Made by a program: the position numbers and the translations under genes. Positions 54,601-63,788 of a stretch of DNA of 64,000 nucleotides are shown here, piece after piece; within the stretch, counting starts at the first letter, position 1, and every line of letters starts with the position of its first letter. The notes beneath the pieces are model-generated. The model had not been told where the DNA came from, ran no database searches, and saw nothing but the letters and a program-made list of their open reading frames with translations. This DNA comes from Schmidtea polychroa (taxonomy: Eukaryota): NCBI GenBank assembly GCA_044892525.1, contig CM097885.1, positions 14,820,001 through 14,884,000 of the forward strand, in the 5' to 3' direction.

Positions 54601-55930
54601 ACTTCTTTGTGATCAAACAGATCGAACTTATTATCTTTGTCACTATAGACTCCTCCAGTTTTATCTTTCACAAGGAATGATATTAAAAAAAGTTCATAGT
54701 GTCATAAGATTTAAACAAGCAGCATTCATGAAGACTTTCATCGAGGAGAACATTCGTTGTCGAAACATTGCAAAAAGAGAAGGTAACCTTTTAAAAGACA
54801 ATAATTATAAACTTTTAAACAATTCAGTCTTTGGGAAGACAATGGAGAATGTTGATAAATATACTCATATTGAACTCCTAACAAATACCCCGAAAGATAT
54901 AGCCCGTTATAATCGTATGCTAGGAAAGCCTACATTTAAAAACGCACAAGTATTTTCTGAAAATCTTACTGCAGTAGAACTAAAGAATTATGAGAAAACA
55001 TATAATAAACCAATATTTATTGGCTTTGCAATTTTAGAACTTTCAAAATTACAAATGTATGAAACATATTATAACATCTTACAACCTATATATGGATCGA
55101 ATATAGCAATGCATGCAATGGATACAGATTCAATGTTTTTAACAATAAGAACTCACGATTTACAAAGTGATATCTCTGAAAATCCTATACTTTCAAATTT
55201 AATAAATTCATCTGGAGAATTATTTTCGTTTAAAGATGAAAAACCTTTTACTCCTATAGAAAATGGAATATTTATTCGTGCTAAACAATATTCATATGAA
55301 ACATTTACAAATCCTAAATTTGAAGAACATACATTTATATTTAAAACCCCAGAAACAGAAGAAAGCATTACACATAGATATCCTATATTCCCTAAAGGAC
55401 CTGACGGACAGGGAGAAAAACCTGTAAAGGATAACAGATGTAAAGGAATTCAGAGATGTGTAGCAAAGAATCTTTCTCATCAAGATTATATAGATACATT
55501 GAATCCAAATCATAAAGATAAAATTGATGAAATACATCAACTTAAAAGTGAAAAGCATGATATTTACTTGATAGAATCCCAAAAAGTATCATTATCAAAT
55601 TATGATGATAAAAGATTCATACTAAGTGATTTAAAGACAACTCTTCCTATAGGAAATAATTTAATACCGATAATAAAAAATCTTGCTAGTTTGAATAAGT
55701 TATATGATACAAAGATTACTGATCTTGATATTTATAATGTTGAAATCATTTATCCTGAGAGAATTGAGAAACCTTTATATTCTCAAGTTTTTAATCCTAT
55801 ATGTTTAGAACTTAAATATTTTAATACTGATCCTGAATATATAAAAGGTCTAAGTGATAAAGAATTTAAAGATCATAAGGAGGTTCTAAAAACTAATTTC
55901 GAAAAGTTAACATCAGATTCTATCAAATGA
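51611..55930 (+). CDS. polB: Protein-primed family B DNA polymerase with N-terminal zinc fingers and an endonuclease VII-like insert
   Basis: Exo motifs GDFES, FHNLFGYD, YLSLDV; pol motifs YIDATALY, KLLNNSVFGK, MDTDS; CWMC...DHDH...RGAAHRNCN. Confidence 0.95.
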   Translation: MNCNICNKVFKNKTGLISHYKSKAHLLKENNLNDTNSKVCTKCKGRFLHSGYNKHFENCIGKNREIFTCPHCNFSTKLNFYYLRHLKECKNKKQNSDVEECHSEGEPDHVEREKYNWDDFNHIDEFQLKINGPATPGEYIRRNKKNIKNSFTEALKNYKPTRYNVIKYKITIKAKYWRGPEEKTTPLDVEIGIPFKYLFSTRGFNKSIKEIIQAVEAKQEEVENELGDSNLVFNSFQTLVIDYWRGLPPNPKSYIQTPFRSRVVINVQNKDNKCFMWSILAYLHPQAENPQRVSKYKQYENEFIFPKGFTHPMKLEDIPEFEKLNNLKLNIYEHVKGWGHGRKDIIPIYISDSDSTREIYLLILEEGNNQHYVLIKDFQAFTSPENPTSGGGTCKRCLHYSTTKNSMIKHARFCEKDDPALIRMPTDPRMYFKNFSNLLQTLGVVYGDFESINRKQDIIMQYLKIIEKYKLMDEWKASKQKMKPERMKAFLRKRNKPNSVKKTKQLPSAYKLLFKSNYPELIESREYAFQGTSEDVLNHFTKSINDLEHEIFKILKTKYPQKISNQQQQEYENTSNCWMCKQEILPDDKVIDHDHLKKENNYRGAAHRNCNLNCHTPKFVPVIFHNLFGYDIHLFIKHLAENAKNSFKVIGLTKEKYKSVEYGKLKFIDSLNFLQMSLDGIAKTMKAENFKITREFLEKNNIPPEEYPTCLAKGIYPYDYVDSFEKYNETKLPEKEDFYSQLQKSHITNQEYSRANKMWDLFNCKTLGEYTSMYLSLDVYILADCFEEFTKSFVLKPYNYITAPSLAWDTMLYTIWTSDLPESDKIIDLLTDQDMFNQIKTNIRGGVSSVMGNREIKARNAITTSRRISKHPDPYIKLNNEELKEVLEGMKNPLFILYIDATALYSGIMTQYLPMSDFHEIYPPECPSEESLKDLMKEIRSTPKDSPIGYFVECDLDYPDDIKSGTRHFPLAPIRRKIDINELSEWQISQDKPPTMKLLCDQTDRTYYLCHYRLLQFYLSQGMILKKVHSVIRFKQAAFMKTFIEENIRCRNIAKREGNLLKDNNYKLLNNSVFGKTMENVDKYTHIELLTNTPKDIARYNRMLGKPTFKNAQVFSENLTAVELKNYEKTYNKPIFIGFAILELSKLQMYETYYNILQPIYGSNIAMHAMDTDSMFLTIRTHDLQSDISENPILSNLINSSGELFSFKDEKPFTPIENGIFIRAKQYSYETFTNPKFEEHTFIFKTPETEESITHRYPIFPKGPDGQGEKPVKDNRCKGIQRCVAKNLSHQDYIDTLNPNHKDKIDEIHQLKSEKHDIYLIESQKVSLSNYDDKRFILSDLKTTLPIGNNLIPIIKNLASLNKLYDTKITDLDIYNVEIIYPERIEKPLYSQVFNPICLELKYFNTDPEYIKGLSDKEFKDHKEVLKTNFEKLTSDSIK

Positions 55931-56004
55931 TTTTTTTCTTTTAAAAATGTCAACAATTAATTTAAGAGTGACAACATCAACCTTTTGAAGGGCAATAAAT
56001 TTTT

Positions 56005-56640
56005 TTATGTATGATTCTTTAGCCACTTCTCTCGTTTAATTTTTTTAGAATATTCATTAGTTATAACATTAGCACTTTTTAATCTATTAATATTATTTTT
56101 AATATCTTGTATTATTTGATTTGATTTCATTATTTCATCATCAGTTAAGATTCCATCTTCCAAAGCTTTTAATTGAAATAAAAATAATTTAGAGATTCCT
56201 AATTCTATTGATAAACAAACTTCTCTATATAAACTTTTCTTTTTAGAAGTATAAGATAATGAAACTATTTCAGTCAAGAAACCATCAGCTACAGAAATAC
56301 TTCCAAGTATTACAGGTGCTATTGTTAAAACTGGTAAAGTTATGGGTAAAATAACTGTTAATATTGCAGATGCAAATCCTAAAGAATAACCTATAATTTT
56401 TAAAACTGTATTCCCTTTATTCCATCTATTTTTAACCTTTTTATAATGCTTTAATAAATCTTGTAAATGTAAGGTTTCTGATTTAAATTCTTTTACTCTC
56501 ATAATTTCAAGTTCTGTGGGAGCCGAGGCCTTGGAACCTTTGTGACCTTCGGAATAATATCCTGATGATCTCAATTCTGGAGGGACCTCTGGGTAAATTT
56601 TTTCTTCTCTTACTTCTTCCATCTTTTGGACTTTGTCCAT
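56005..56640 (-). CDS. Maverick accessory membrane protein (hydrophobic hairpin)
   Basis: Intact 211-aa ORF with hydrophobic stretch IIGYSLGFASAILTVILPITLPVLTIAPVILGSISV. Confidence 0.75.
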   Translation of the reverse strand: MDKVQKMEEVREEKIYPEVPPELRSSGYYSEGHKGSKASAPTELEIMRVKEFKSETLHLQDLLKHYKKVKNRWNKGNTVLKIIGYSLGFASAILTVILPITLPVLTIAPVILGSISVADGFLTEIVSLSYTSKKKSLYREVCLSIELGISKLFLFQLKALEDGILTDDEIMKSNQIIQDIKNNINRLKSANVITNEYSKKIKREKWLKNHT

Positions 56641-56648
56641 TTTAATAA

Positions 56649-57659
56649 TTAAAAAAATAAGACTTTATTCTTCTGAGCACCATCTGGCACCAATACTCGG
56701 ATATCAAAAGAAACTCTTGTTGAGAGAATGTCTTTATACAATTCCATCAATGCTTTACGAACTTCATCAACATCAACCTTTTTTTCATAAAATATTAAAT
56801 CTATATATTGTACAAGTGTGCTTTTAAAAATAATATTCTTACTTTTAACTTTATGTAGTCCATGTGAATGAGTATTAACATACCAATCTCCGTGTGGTAA
56901 ATCATAACTAGTCATTATAACATCACCCTTTTCAAGCTTACTATTATAATCACATTTCACAAACCATTTCATTCTTTCATTATCATCATCAAACAAAAAG
57001 AAATAAGGATCAATAATCTTTACAACCATAAAAACACTCCATTCTTTACTGTTTGTTGTTATTAAACTTGGTTCTATAAAATGTTTATATGTATGGGGTA
57101 ATAATGTTTTATTCTGTTCTAATTCAGCAGCTCTTTTTCTAATACTATGTGTGGTGTTAATGTGTGTTCCATGAGACTCTAAATTTGAAATTCTTTTATT
57201 AAATGATGTAATCATCTCATTTATTATATTATATATTGTATTAAATTTAGTATTCATAATTTGTTTATCTTTAGAGTTTAATATGGTAGTATTTAACTTT
57301 ACAACTTGTTCAGTTAACAGACTTTGTAACTTGTCAAATTTATCATTAAATTGTTGTTCGATATTATTAAGCTTTGATTCCATTGAATCCATTTTTGTTG
57401 TTAATGAACTTTCAATTCTTGTTGTTGTTAAATCAGTATATTTTTTAACACCATCTACATATTTCTTATTAACTGCATCAGCTTCATCAGTTGGAAAAGA
57501 TAATTCTTTTATCTTGTGTCCATTTAAAATTAAATCACCCTTCATTGAATCACCTCTTTCATTAATATATTTATTTTCTGTTAAAGTTAATATTTCTTCT
57601 GTATTAAACCCTGTTTTTATTGTTCCACCACCTCTATTACATGGAATATAAGAACTCAT
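56649..57659 (-). CDS. Fibre/spike-like protein
   Basis: GDSMKGDLILNGHKIKELSFPTDEADAVNKKYVD tail-fibre-type motif, then a heptad coiled coil and a globular C-terminus; adjacent to penton. Confidence 0.65.
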   Translation of the reverse strand: MSSYIPCNRGGGTIKTGFNTEEILTLTENKYINERGDSMKGDLILNGHKIKELSFPTDEADAVNKKYVDGVKKYTDLTTTRIESSLTTKMDSMESKLNNIEQQFNDKFDKLQSLLTEQVVKLNTTILNSKDKQIMNTKFNTIYNIINEMITSFNKRISNLESHGTHINTTHSIRKRAAELEQNKTLLPHTYKHFIEPSLITTNSKEWSVFMVVKIIDPYFFLFDDDNERMKWFVKCDYNSKLEKGDVIMTSYDLPHGDWYVNTHSHGLHKVKSKNIIFKSTLVQYIDLIFYEKKVDVDEVRKALMELYKDILSTRVSFDIRVLVPDGAQKNKVLFF

Positions 57660-57696
57660 TTATTAATAATTTAAAATGACATGTGGAACTTCGTAT

Positions 57697-58467
57697 TCAA
57701 ACCTGTTTCAAATGTAAATACATTGAAATCTCTTCTCCATTAAAATCAATCAATTCTCCTTCTTGATTAAGAATTTTAAAATTAATATCCATTATATATT
57801 TTCTACATAAAGGTAAATAATTTGGAGGATTCATTCTTTCAACTATTTTATATCCCATAGGAACTGTGTTTGAGGGAAAGGAATATAAAACATTTGTTTG
57901 TTTACCATTATTATAAAAACCAGTTATACAATCGCAATGAATATTTATTGTGTTTGTATTTATTATTTTTATAATATTTTCTGATGTTATATTCTCAACT
58001 ACAGGTGTGATATAATGGTTTCGTGTAAATCCTAAAATTGTTCTAAAGAAACTATTATTTTGAAAATGAATTCCTATATTCTCTAAAGTCATTATACATT
58101 TTGAAGTTGGTAAATCCATTTTAATTTTAATGACTCCATTTGTTTTTTTAGAAAGTATATTATTTAAATCTTTTATCTCATAAGCTCCGGGTTCGATTGT
58201 TATTATAATCTTATCTGTAGATTTTGGGCTTATATAATAAAATATGTTATTATCTTTAGTTATATTAAAAATAGTATTATAAGCACAAAACCATAATAGT
58301 CCTAATTCATAATTTAAATTTTGATCTAATTTAATTGAATCTTGAAAGTTTATAGTAAAGTCTGATTCTTTTGAATTTATAGATAAAGTTCTTGAATATT
58401 TATCTGACATTATGTTTACCATTTTTTTTAAATTATCTTCCGGAAGGTTGCGAAGCTCCATTTTCAT
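57697..58467 (-). CDS. Minor capsid protein (penton)
   Basis: INIHCDCI...VLYSFP...YLPL...ILNQEGELIDFNGE; true start may be a downstream Met. Confidence 0.85.
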   Translation of the reverse strand: MKMELRNLPEDNLKKMVNIMSDKYSRTLSINSKESDFTINFQDSIKLDQNLNYELGLLWFCAYNTIFNITKDNNIFYYISPKSTDKIIITIEPGAYEIKDLNNILSKKTNGVIKIKMDLPTSKCIMTLENIGIHFQNNSFFRTILGFTRNHYITPVVENITSENIIKIINTNTINIHCDCITGFYNNGKQTNVLYSFPSNTVPMGYKIVERMNPPNYLPLCRKYIMDINFKILNQEGELIDFNGEEISMYLHLKQV

Positions 58468-58895
58468 AGTATAGATTTTAAATCATTATAAATTTCTTGG
58501 ATTAAGGAAGTGAAACCTTCTCCTTTGGATTTATTCAATCTATACAAAACATATAAGCTTAAAATACCACATATTTTAGTATTATTAGGTTGAACTTGTA
58601 AAGAATTAAAAGTGTAGTCCGAGAGATAGTCTTCAACTTCTTTAGTGGGTTTAATCCCAAAAGAATCAAAGTATATAGATTTATTATATATACAAACCCA
58701 ATGAGATCCTTTTTCATTTGAATTTTGATAATTTATAATGATATTCTTTGGAGTGTCTTCTTTCAGACTCGACAATTCATCATTCATTAATATTTTTATT
58801 TTTAAATTTAAATAATCTGCATAATCTTTTAAATCAAAATTTGTTTTTGTATTTATTCCAAATGTTTTTAAAAAATCTAATATTGAAGGAGTCAT
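58464..58895 (-). CDS. Adenain-like cysteine protease
   Basis: GSHWVC, YFDSFG and Q...CG catalytic motifs. Confidence 0.9.
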   Translation of the reverse strand: MTPSILDFLKTFGINTKTNFDLKDYADYLNLKIKILMNDELSSLKEDTPKNIIINYQNSNEKGSHWVCIYNKSIYFDSFGIKPTKEVEDYLSDYTFNSLQVQPNNTKICGILSLYVLYRLNKSKGEGFTSLIQEIYNDLKSIL

Positions 58896-58917
58896 TTTAT
58901 ATTTTATAACTTCGTAT

Positions 58918-59715
58918 TTATAACTTCGTATACTTATTAAATTTATCTTTTGAAATTATTCCTTGTTTTAATAGTTCTTTAGAAATCTTTAAAATATCAG
59001 AATCTAAATTATTATGTCCTGCTTTTTTAGCTGCTAATAGTTTTCTTAATTCAATAAAAAGATTGATTGGGTTTATCTCCTTACCCTTTCCCTGGCCCTG
59101 ACCCTGGCCCTCTCCTTCTGTGACAATATAACCCCTTTCATTTTTATTTAAATATTTCTTTAAATCTTGAATATGTTTTGCTTTAGCACTACCATGTACT
59201 AATTCTATTAAATTTAAATATTTTTTAATTTCTAGAAGATCAACATTCTCTGAGGGATATCCACAAACTAATCCATAAAAATCATCTGTAAATTCAAAAT
59301 CTAGGTGTTTAGTATTATAAACATTTTGTGAATGAATACGTGATTTATTTTCTGAATTTAAATATAACAGAAAGTCATGTTTATTAATTGTTATTATTTG
59401 ATATCCTTCAACATTAATATTAAATGTAGGTTTAATTGTTTTACTTAAACTCACATTAATTTTAGGATCAAGTATAAGAGGTTTTATATTTAAATCTTCC
59501 AACCATGGTAATTCTTTTAAATCTTGTTTATCTTCCAACTCTTTAAATTTTAAAACTTCTAACTCTTTTATGGCTTTAATTGTTGGTCCTTGTTGTTGTT
59601 GGATTACCTCATTTAATATTATAGATTCAGCGTGTTGAGTTGTATCTTTTTTATTATATTTATCTTGTTCTGATTGTAATTTTTTTAAAAGTGCTAATCT
59701 TTCTTCATATACCAT
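58918..59715 (-). CDS. Conserved Maverick protein of unknown function
   Basis: C-terminal LRKLLAAKKAGHNN...ELLKQGII resembles a motif recurrent in Polinton proteins. Confidence 0.7.
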   Translation of the reverse strand: MVYEERLALLKKLQSEQDKYNKKDTTQHAESIILNEVIQQQQGPTIKAIKELEVLKFKELEDKQDLKELPWLEDLNIKPLILDPKINVSLSKTIKPTFNINVEGYQIITINKHDFLLYLNSENKSRIHSQNVYNTKHLDFEFTDDFYGLVCGYPSENVDLLEIKKYLNLIELVHGSAKAKHIQDLKKYLNKNERGYIVTEGEGQGQGQGKGKEINPINLFIELRKLLAAKKAGHNNLDSDILKISKELLKQGIISKDKFNKYTKL

Positions 59716-59737
59716 TTTAATGGTATTAAAAATGGTA

Positions 59738-60262
59738 TCATTTTGGTAAAGGATCCGTTGGAAAGGGCTTCAAGTATAAACCTTTACCATTTTTAATTTT
59801 ACAAAGACATCCATTTTTTAAAGATTTACATATTTTTTTTAAATCATCTTTATCTTTCGAAGATAAAGATTCAGATGTAGAAATTTGATTTTTTAAAAAA
59901 TCATTTAAACCACGACCTTTATAAGGATCAAGATAAAGACCTTTCCCTCCCTTCATTTTCTCGATTTCAGTTTGTAGTTTTTCTTTTTCTAGGTCTGTCT
60001 TTTGAGATTCTTTAGCTTTTTGAACTGTAGTTGCAATTCCTCCAGCTATTCCAGCAGCACCTGATAGTCCGGCAATGATTGCAGGTATTAAAGCAGCTAA
60101 TGGAAGAAAGCCACCTTCTTTAGCTTCGTGGAGCTTCGCTCTAACTTGTTCTTTTACATGTTTTCCAATAAAATATTTTTTACCAGAGATTACTACTGAT
60201 TTATTCTTGTCTGAATTTATTAATTCTTGCAAAGATTCCTCTGTAGGGTTTTGTGTTGTCAT
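59738..60262 (-). CDS. Adenovirus pX-like core/membrane-active protein
   Basis: EGGFLPLAALIPAIIAGLSGAAGIAG resembles the pX segment GGILPLLIPLIAAAIGAVPGIA; three GxGL motifs. Confidence 0.7.
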   Translation of the reverse strand: MTTQNPTEESLQELINSDKNKSVVISGKKYFIGKHVKEQVRAKLHEAKEGGFLPLAALIPAIIAGLSGAAGIAGGIATTVQKAKESQKTDLEKEKLQTEIEKMKGGKGLYLDPYKGRGLNDFLKNQISTSESLSSKDKDDLKKICKSLKNGCLCKIKNGKGLYLKPFPTDPLPK

Positions 60263-60277
60263 TTTATAATAAATAAA

Positions 60278-61081
60278 ATGGATATTTGGAAACCAATTTT
60301 AAATAGACATAAGAGTAAATTTAATAATAAAGTATTTCCTGATAATTTTAGATGCTTAATTATTGGATCTTCTGGATGTGGAAAGAATGTTCTTCTTTTG
60401 AGGATGTTATTAGAAGATGGTTTTTTAGATTATAATAATTTAATCTTTTATTCTACAACCATTAACCAACCAGAATTACAACTTTTGAAATGTGGATTTG
60501 AAAATAAATTAACTAAAAAAGCTATAATTGATATTTTTAAAAATCAACATACATATCCTGAAGAAGTTTTTCAACCTTGTGATATGGTTGATTGGTACAA
60601 GGAAAAGATTTTAGAATCAGATATTAGTAATAAAAATGATTACATCTGTGAAGATGAGGGGCAGAGGGAGGGTTATGGGATTAGAGTTTTATTCTCTAAT
60701 AAACCTGAAGATGTTTTGCATTGTGATTTACTTCCTAAAGATAAAAAGAATCTAGTTATATTTGATGATGTTGTTAACATGAAAAATCAAGAGATTCAAA
60801 AGAGTTACTTTACACGAGGTAGACATAATAATTGTAATGTTATTTATATATCTCAAACTTATTATGCTTTAGATAAAAACTCTATAAGAAATAATTCCAA
60901 TTGTTTTATATTTTTTAAATTAGATCGTCGAGATAAGAATATGATTTATAATGACTTATTTTCAAATGTTGAACCTGATAAGAATATGTTTGATATGTTT
61001 GTTGATAATCATTGGAAAGAAAAATATAATTATATTTATTTGGATAGAGAAGAAGCTGAAATATGGAAAAGTTTGTTTTAA
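60278..61081 (+). CDS. A32/FtsK-like genome packaging ATPase
   Basis: Walker A GSSGCGKN, Walker B LVIFDD, RGRH arginine motif; ATG at 60278 (MDIWKP) preferred over the track start. Confidence 0.92.
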   Translation: MDIWKPILNRHKSKFNNKVFPDNFRCLIIGSSGCGKNVLLLRMLLEDGFLDYNNLIFYSTTINQPELQLLKCGFENKLTKKAIIDIFKNQHTYPEEVFQPCDMVDWYKEKILESDISNKNDYICEDEGQREGYGIRVLFSNKPEDVLHCDLLPKDKKNLVIFDDVVNMKNQEIQKSYFTRGRHNNCNVIYISQTYYALDKNSIRNNSNCFIFFKLDRRDKNMIYNDLFSNVEPDKNMFDMFVDNHWKEKYNYIYLDREEAEIWKSLF

Positions 61082-61096
61082 CTTGTTTTCTATAGT

Positions 61097-62476
61097 TCAG
61101 AAACTAGTTTTCTGTAGTTCATTATTATAAAATCTACCTAATATTTTTTCATTATTTAAATCGATGATACCATATGTTATTGGAGTTGTATGATGTATTT
61201 TATTTATAATAAAAATTTCATTTGTCCATTTTGCTGTGAATCCTTTTTCAAATTAATTTTTATATTTAAATATTCTTACGCGGTCACCAATTTTAAATTT
61301 TGGTTTTTCAAAAACATTATTTTCAACATTTACCACTTTAACTGTTTCAGGATTCAAGGAAGCATTTAAAGGTGTTGATTTTATAGAACTATGTACATCA
61401 TTATTATATTCATTTACAATCTTTTGTAACAATTCATTGTTCCATTTTTGTTTTCCAATAGCAGTAAAATATTTCCACATTTTATTTTTTAATGTTCTAT
61501 TTAATCTTTCAACCACAACTGCTTTTCCTTCGTTTTCTGTTGAATATAATTTAATATCATTTTCATTTAAAAACTTTGTAAAAACTTTGTTATAAAATTC
61601 TGTTCCTTTATCACACCATAAATATTTTGGAATTCTTTGATATTCTTCAAATATATTTTCAAATGCTTCTGTAATAGAATATCCTGTTTTATTTTCTAAA
61701 CACCTTGCAAAAGCAAATCTTGTATATAAATCTATTACTGTTAAAATTATTTTATATTTTTCAGGGTCTGATGATTTGGGCATAAAGACTAAATCAGCAG
61801 ACCATGTTTGATCTTTTTCATGTACTTGAACTTTTAAATATTTTTTATTTTTTCTAAATTCATGGTGTAATTCGTTGGCATATTTTATTTCTGATTCTGT
61901 TGGGGTTTGTAAGGGTTTATTCTCAAAGAGTTGATTCTCAAGGGATCTTTCAACGTCTGCTTGTTCAATAATCCTTTTATTAGCAACATCTTTTGCTTTT
62001 CTAGGAAGTCCTGCTCCTATGAAAATCTTACCTTTCATGGCTAATTTAACTAGAGCTCTTTGAATCTTTTCCTTGCTTGATGGATTTTGGATACTATTTA
62101 AATCATGTATTAAATTCACATCTGCAACATGTCTATCTCTAAGATCTTCTGAGTTGTAAGCAATATCATGTTTTAAAGCTGCTTGATCAATTCTATTTAT
62201 TGGTTCTTCTCCTTGTTTAGGATTATTATTTTCATCTAATCTAATATCTAATCTTGTTCCTGGTCCAGTATAGTTGTGATGGAATAAATGTCTTTCACCT
62301 GGATATTTTTCAGTAGTAAAGGGTTTTAATAATGTTGATGTTGTTTTTAAAGATTGAAGATCACCTCCGGCTGCTAGTTTAGATCCAAGTATATGTTTTT
62401 TAGTTTTAACATGAGAGGCTTTGTGATGTCTTGTAACTTGACAATGACAAGTTTCACATGTCCAATATTTACTCAT
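61097..62476 (-). pseudogene. Zinc finger-PLA2-rve integrase fusion with one in-frame TAA at 61253-61255
   Basis: CETC...H...H; YTGPG...DQAALKHDIAY; WSADL, CDKGTEF, VERLNRTLK; the frame continues FEKGFTAKWTNEIF...GRFYNNELQKTSF* past the stop. Confidence 0.88.
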
Positions 62477-62489
62477 TTTAAAAAGTTTT

Positions 62490-63788
62490 TTATGAAGAAG
62501 AATCACCTCGTACATTTTCAATAATTGAAATCTTTCCACCATATAATTTCATTTCTATTTTCTTTTCTTCTAATATTAATGTATATACTTTAGCTTTAAA
62601 ATTAGAATCCTTTGTTATATGAAGTGTAACATCAACATTATTTATGGCTAGGCGATCATCTTGGTCTGATACATTTATACAAAATATAGAATATAAATTT
62701 TTGAAATCTTCTAAACTTAATTGCGGCTCAACTTTGAAGTCGTGGCATGTTTCAATATAATTCAGGTACGGGAATATGTTTTCATTATTTTCAATATTAA
62801 ATTCCATTCGATTTATTGGATAATATGAACTATTCAATTGGACCTGGATGGTTTTTAAATTATCACCCCCAATCTTTTGAATAAACAAGTTGTTGTTCTT
62901 TTGGAAAGATGGATCTCCTTCTTTGAATCCAATCAAGATATATCTTGGTCGGTATGCTAGATTTGCTACCTTTATAGAATATGTTGAACCCTCTGTCATA
63001 CTAAATTCACTACAGATTCTATTTAAATAATTTACATTTATAGATTTGTTGGAATTTAATCTTTCAAGTAATTTAATTTCAGAATGTGGATTTAATGTCC
63101 ATTCAGGTATATGTAATTCAAGTGTTGATAATTTTAATTTAGCTTTTGTATCCTTATCTCCATAAAACAATCTTTTATCACCATCTAGTCTATTACAGAT
63201 GAATTCTATAAAAACATTATGAAGTATACGGTTATAGTTTTGAAGGAATCCGAACAAGTGTTTTAATTCAAAATAACCTTCAAATTTTTTCAACTTATAA
63301 AGTTCAACTCTTTTATAGTAAGCATAATTTATATCTAAACCATCTTTATCTAAATCCCCTTTATTAACATCAGGAATCCAACCTGTTAATTCACCATATT
63401 CGTTTTTATAATCACAACCAGTTAAAATAAAATTTAACATTGTAGAATATACTCCTGGATGCAAAACAGTTTCAATTTCTGATGATCCTAGTTTTAATCT
63501 CATGTTGGAGAATAAATTTGGAAAGAAATTATTTTCTAGGGTTATATCTTTGTTTGCTTCAATTTCTAATTCAATTTTATAATATAATTTGGCATTACAA
63601 ATATCTATAGGGTTTGATGTTTGAAGAGATTGAAAAACTATATCACCCCTACGATTTAAGTTTGCAATAGATCCTGAAGTTGGCGAGATTTTTAAAATAT
63701 CATTTTTCTTGATTTCATGAGTAAATTCTTTATTATAATCAAGATTTAATTTATTTTTTTCTTGAATTTTAAGATTTATATTATTCAT
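62490..63788 (-). CDS. Major capsid protein (double jelly-roll, hexon-like)
   Basis: 432 aa; NNFFPNLFSNMRLKLGSSEIE, LKHLFGF, RPRYILIGF, LNSSYYP and YSIFCINVS are typical of Polinton MCPs; genomic context. Confidence 0.85.
   Translation of the reverse strand: MNNINLKIQEKNKLNLDYNKEFTHEIKKNDILKISPTSGSIANLNRRGDIVFQSLQTSNPIDICNAKLYYKIELEIEANKDITLENNFFPNLFSNMRLKLGSSEIETVLHPGVYSTMLNFILTGCDYKNEYGELTGWIPDVNKGDLDKDGLDINYAYYKRVELYKLKKFEGYFELKHLFGFLQNYNRILHNVFIEFICNRLDGDKRLFYGDKDTKAKLKLSTLELHIPEWTLNPHSEIKLLERLNSNKSINVNYLNRICSEFSMTEGSTYSIKVANLAYRPRYILIGFKEGDPSFQKNNNLFIQKIGGDNLKTIQVQLNSSYYPINRMEFNIENNENIFPYLNYIETCHDFKVEPQLSLEDFKNLYSIFCINVSDQDDRLAINNVDVTLHITKDSNFKAKVYTLILEEKKIEMKLYGGKISIIENVRGDSSS

Noticed and set aside
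58920..58932. Exact loxP arm ATAACTTCGTATA
   Set aside because: Only one arm, with no spacer plus inverted arm; it is coding sequence and part of the element's own repeated motif, so it is a coincidence.
60227..60277. Track-predicted N-terminal extensions of the ATPase (and of the integrase, 62477-62542)
   Set aside because: They overlap neighbouring genes; the downstream TAAAATG starts fit the element-wide pattern.
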